Made by a program: the position numbers and the translations under genes. A stretch of 32,000 nt of DNA from Candidatus Saccharimonadota bacterium (lineage in GTDB: Bacteria > Pseudomonadota > Gammaproteobacteria > Enterobacterales > Enterobacteriaceae), in assembly GCF_000185985.2 (NCBI RefSeq), contig NC_014909.2, positions 360,001 through 392,000 of the forward strand, written 5' to 3'. Of this stretch, positions 31,197 to 32,000 are shown one piece after another. Under the pieces are notes generated by a model. It ran no database searches. It had not been told where the DNA came from and saw nothing but the letters and a program-made list of their open reading frames with translations. Position 1 is the stretch's first letter; each line of letters opens with the position of its first letter.

Positions 31197-31325
31197 AATA
31201 TAAAAAAACTTTAATTATTTATGTATAAAACACAGATACACATGATCATCAAAATAATTTTGATCTCAATATAGTTCATTGTAAAATAAAAAAATATTAA
31301 TATTTTAAAAATATTAGTTAATCGT

Positions 31326-31909
31326 TCATATTTTAGGGTGCAATTGATTCATGACTTTAACAAATTTATCAAATATTATATCTTCGATACATAATATCGC
31401 TTGATTCATGATAAAATCAATTTTTTTTTTTCATGAATAGAAGGAGAACTTAATACAAAATTTACAATTTCATTTTTATTTTTAGGACGTCCAATGCCTA
31501 TACGTAAACGATAAAAACCGTATTGGTTGCTTAGGTTATTAATAATATTTTGAATTCCACGATGACTTTCATATAATTTATTCCCTAACTTTATCCTGAT
31601 CATCCCAGGAGATAAATCTAATTCGTCATGAACTACCAATAATTCTTTTAAATCTAGCCGATATAACTTCATATATTTATATACCGCTAACCCACTCTCA
31701 TTAATGTAAGAATTAGGAATTAGTAATTGCACTGTCATTGACTTACATATCGTAAGTGATCCTATAAATCCAGATAAAATTTTATCTAATTTCAAATTAA
31801 CTTTATATTTTTTTGTCAGCATATGAATATACCGATGACCTATACTATGTCTAGTATTTATATACTCAGCCCCAATATTTCCTATCCCCACAATAAGTTT
31901 TATTGTCAT
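31326..31909 (-). CDS. pth: Peptidyl-tRNA hydrolase; the reading frame is interrupted at an A11 tract (31421-31431), and an intact 194-aa product needs 12 or 9 A
   Basis: The 167-aa ORF (31406-31909: MTIKLIVGIGNIG.EY..TRHSIGH..) stops 4 codons after the tract. The next frame encodes (I)DFIMNQAILCIEDIIFDKFVKVMNQLHPKI*, which aligns ungapped with the E. coli Pth C-terminus [33 protein letters not shown] (10 identities, including C, E, D, K and N.LH). The stop is at 31326-31328. Total length with one extra A is 585 nt, i.e. 194 codons plus stop, matching E. coli Pth. Confidence 0.85.
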
Positions 31910-32000
31910 ATTAAATAAAATATAAAATTTGAAACACTATACTGTTTATTAAAAATGCCATTAAGCATATCAGATTTAATTATTAAAATAATAAGCATTT

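Overview
The window is very AT-rich, gene-dense and strongly reduced. It looks like a gammaproteobacterial (Enterobacterales-derived) insect endosymbiont. The gene order and the long poly(A) tracts are reminiscent of Candidatus Blochmannia-type genomes, but I cannot confirm the organism from sequence alone. I can support 28 intact protein genes, one frameshifted gene (pth), 3 tRNAs and one decayed pseudogene (gltA). The gene order is: corC-ybeY-ybeZ (-), ubiF (+), tRNA-Met/Leu/Gln (-), nagB-nagA (-), glnS (+), fldA (-), a 2.1 kb stretch with no ORF, sdhCDAB-sucABCD (+), tolQRA-tolB-pal-cpoB (+), pgl (-), gpmA (+), ybhL (+), and pth-ychF (-). All of this is core housekeeping. I see no mobile element, CRISPR array, defence island, secretion system or toxin module, and I do not think the window holds a novel multi-gene system. 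Four things merit a second look. (1) The 2.1 kb desert between fldA and sdhC contains a colinear fossil of citrate synthase gltA on the minus strand, which I recovered by hand translation. (2) A perfect 94-nt palindrome (45-bp arms) lies between gpmA and ybhL, at an apparent inversion breakpoint. (3) Five base-identical 102-bp in-frame tandem repeats replace the helical linker domain of TolA. (4) pth is interrupted by an A11 tract, and its C-terminus is still conserved in the shifted frame, making it a candidate for rescue by transcriptional slippage. All homology calls rest on my recall of the E. coli orthologue sequences and gene map, not on a database search.
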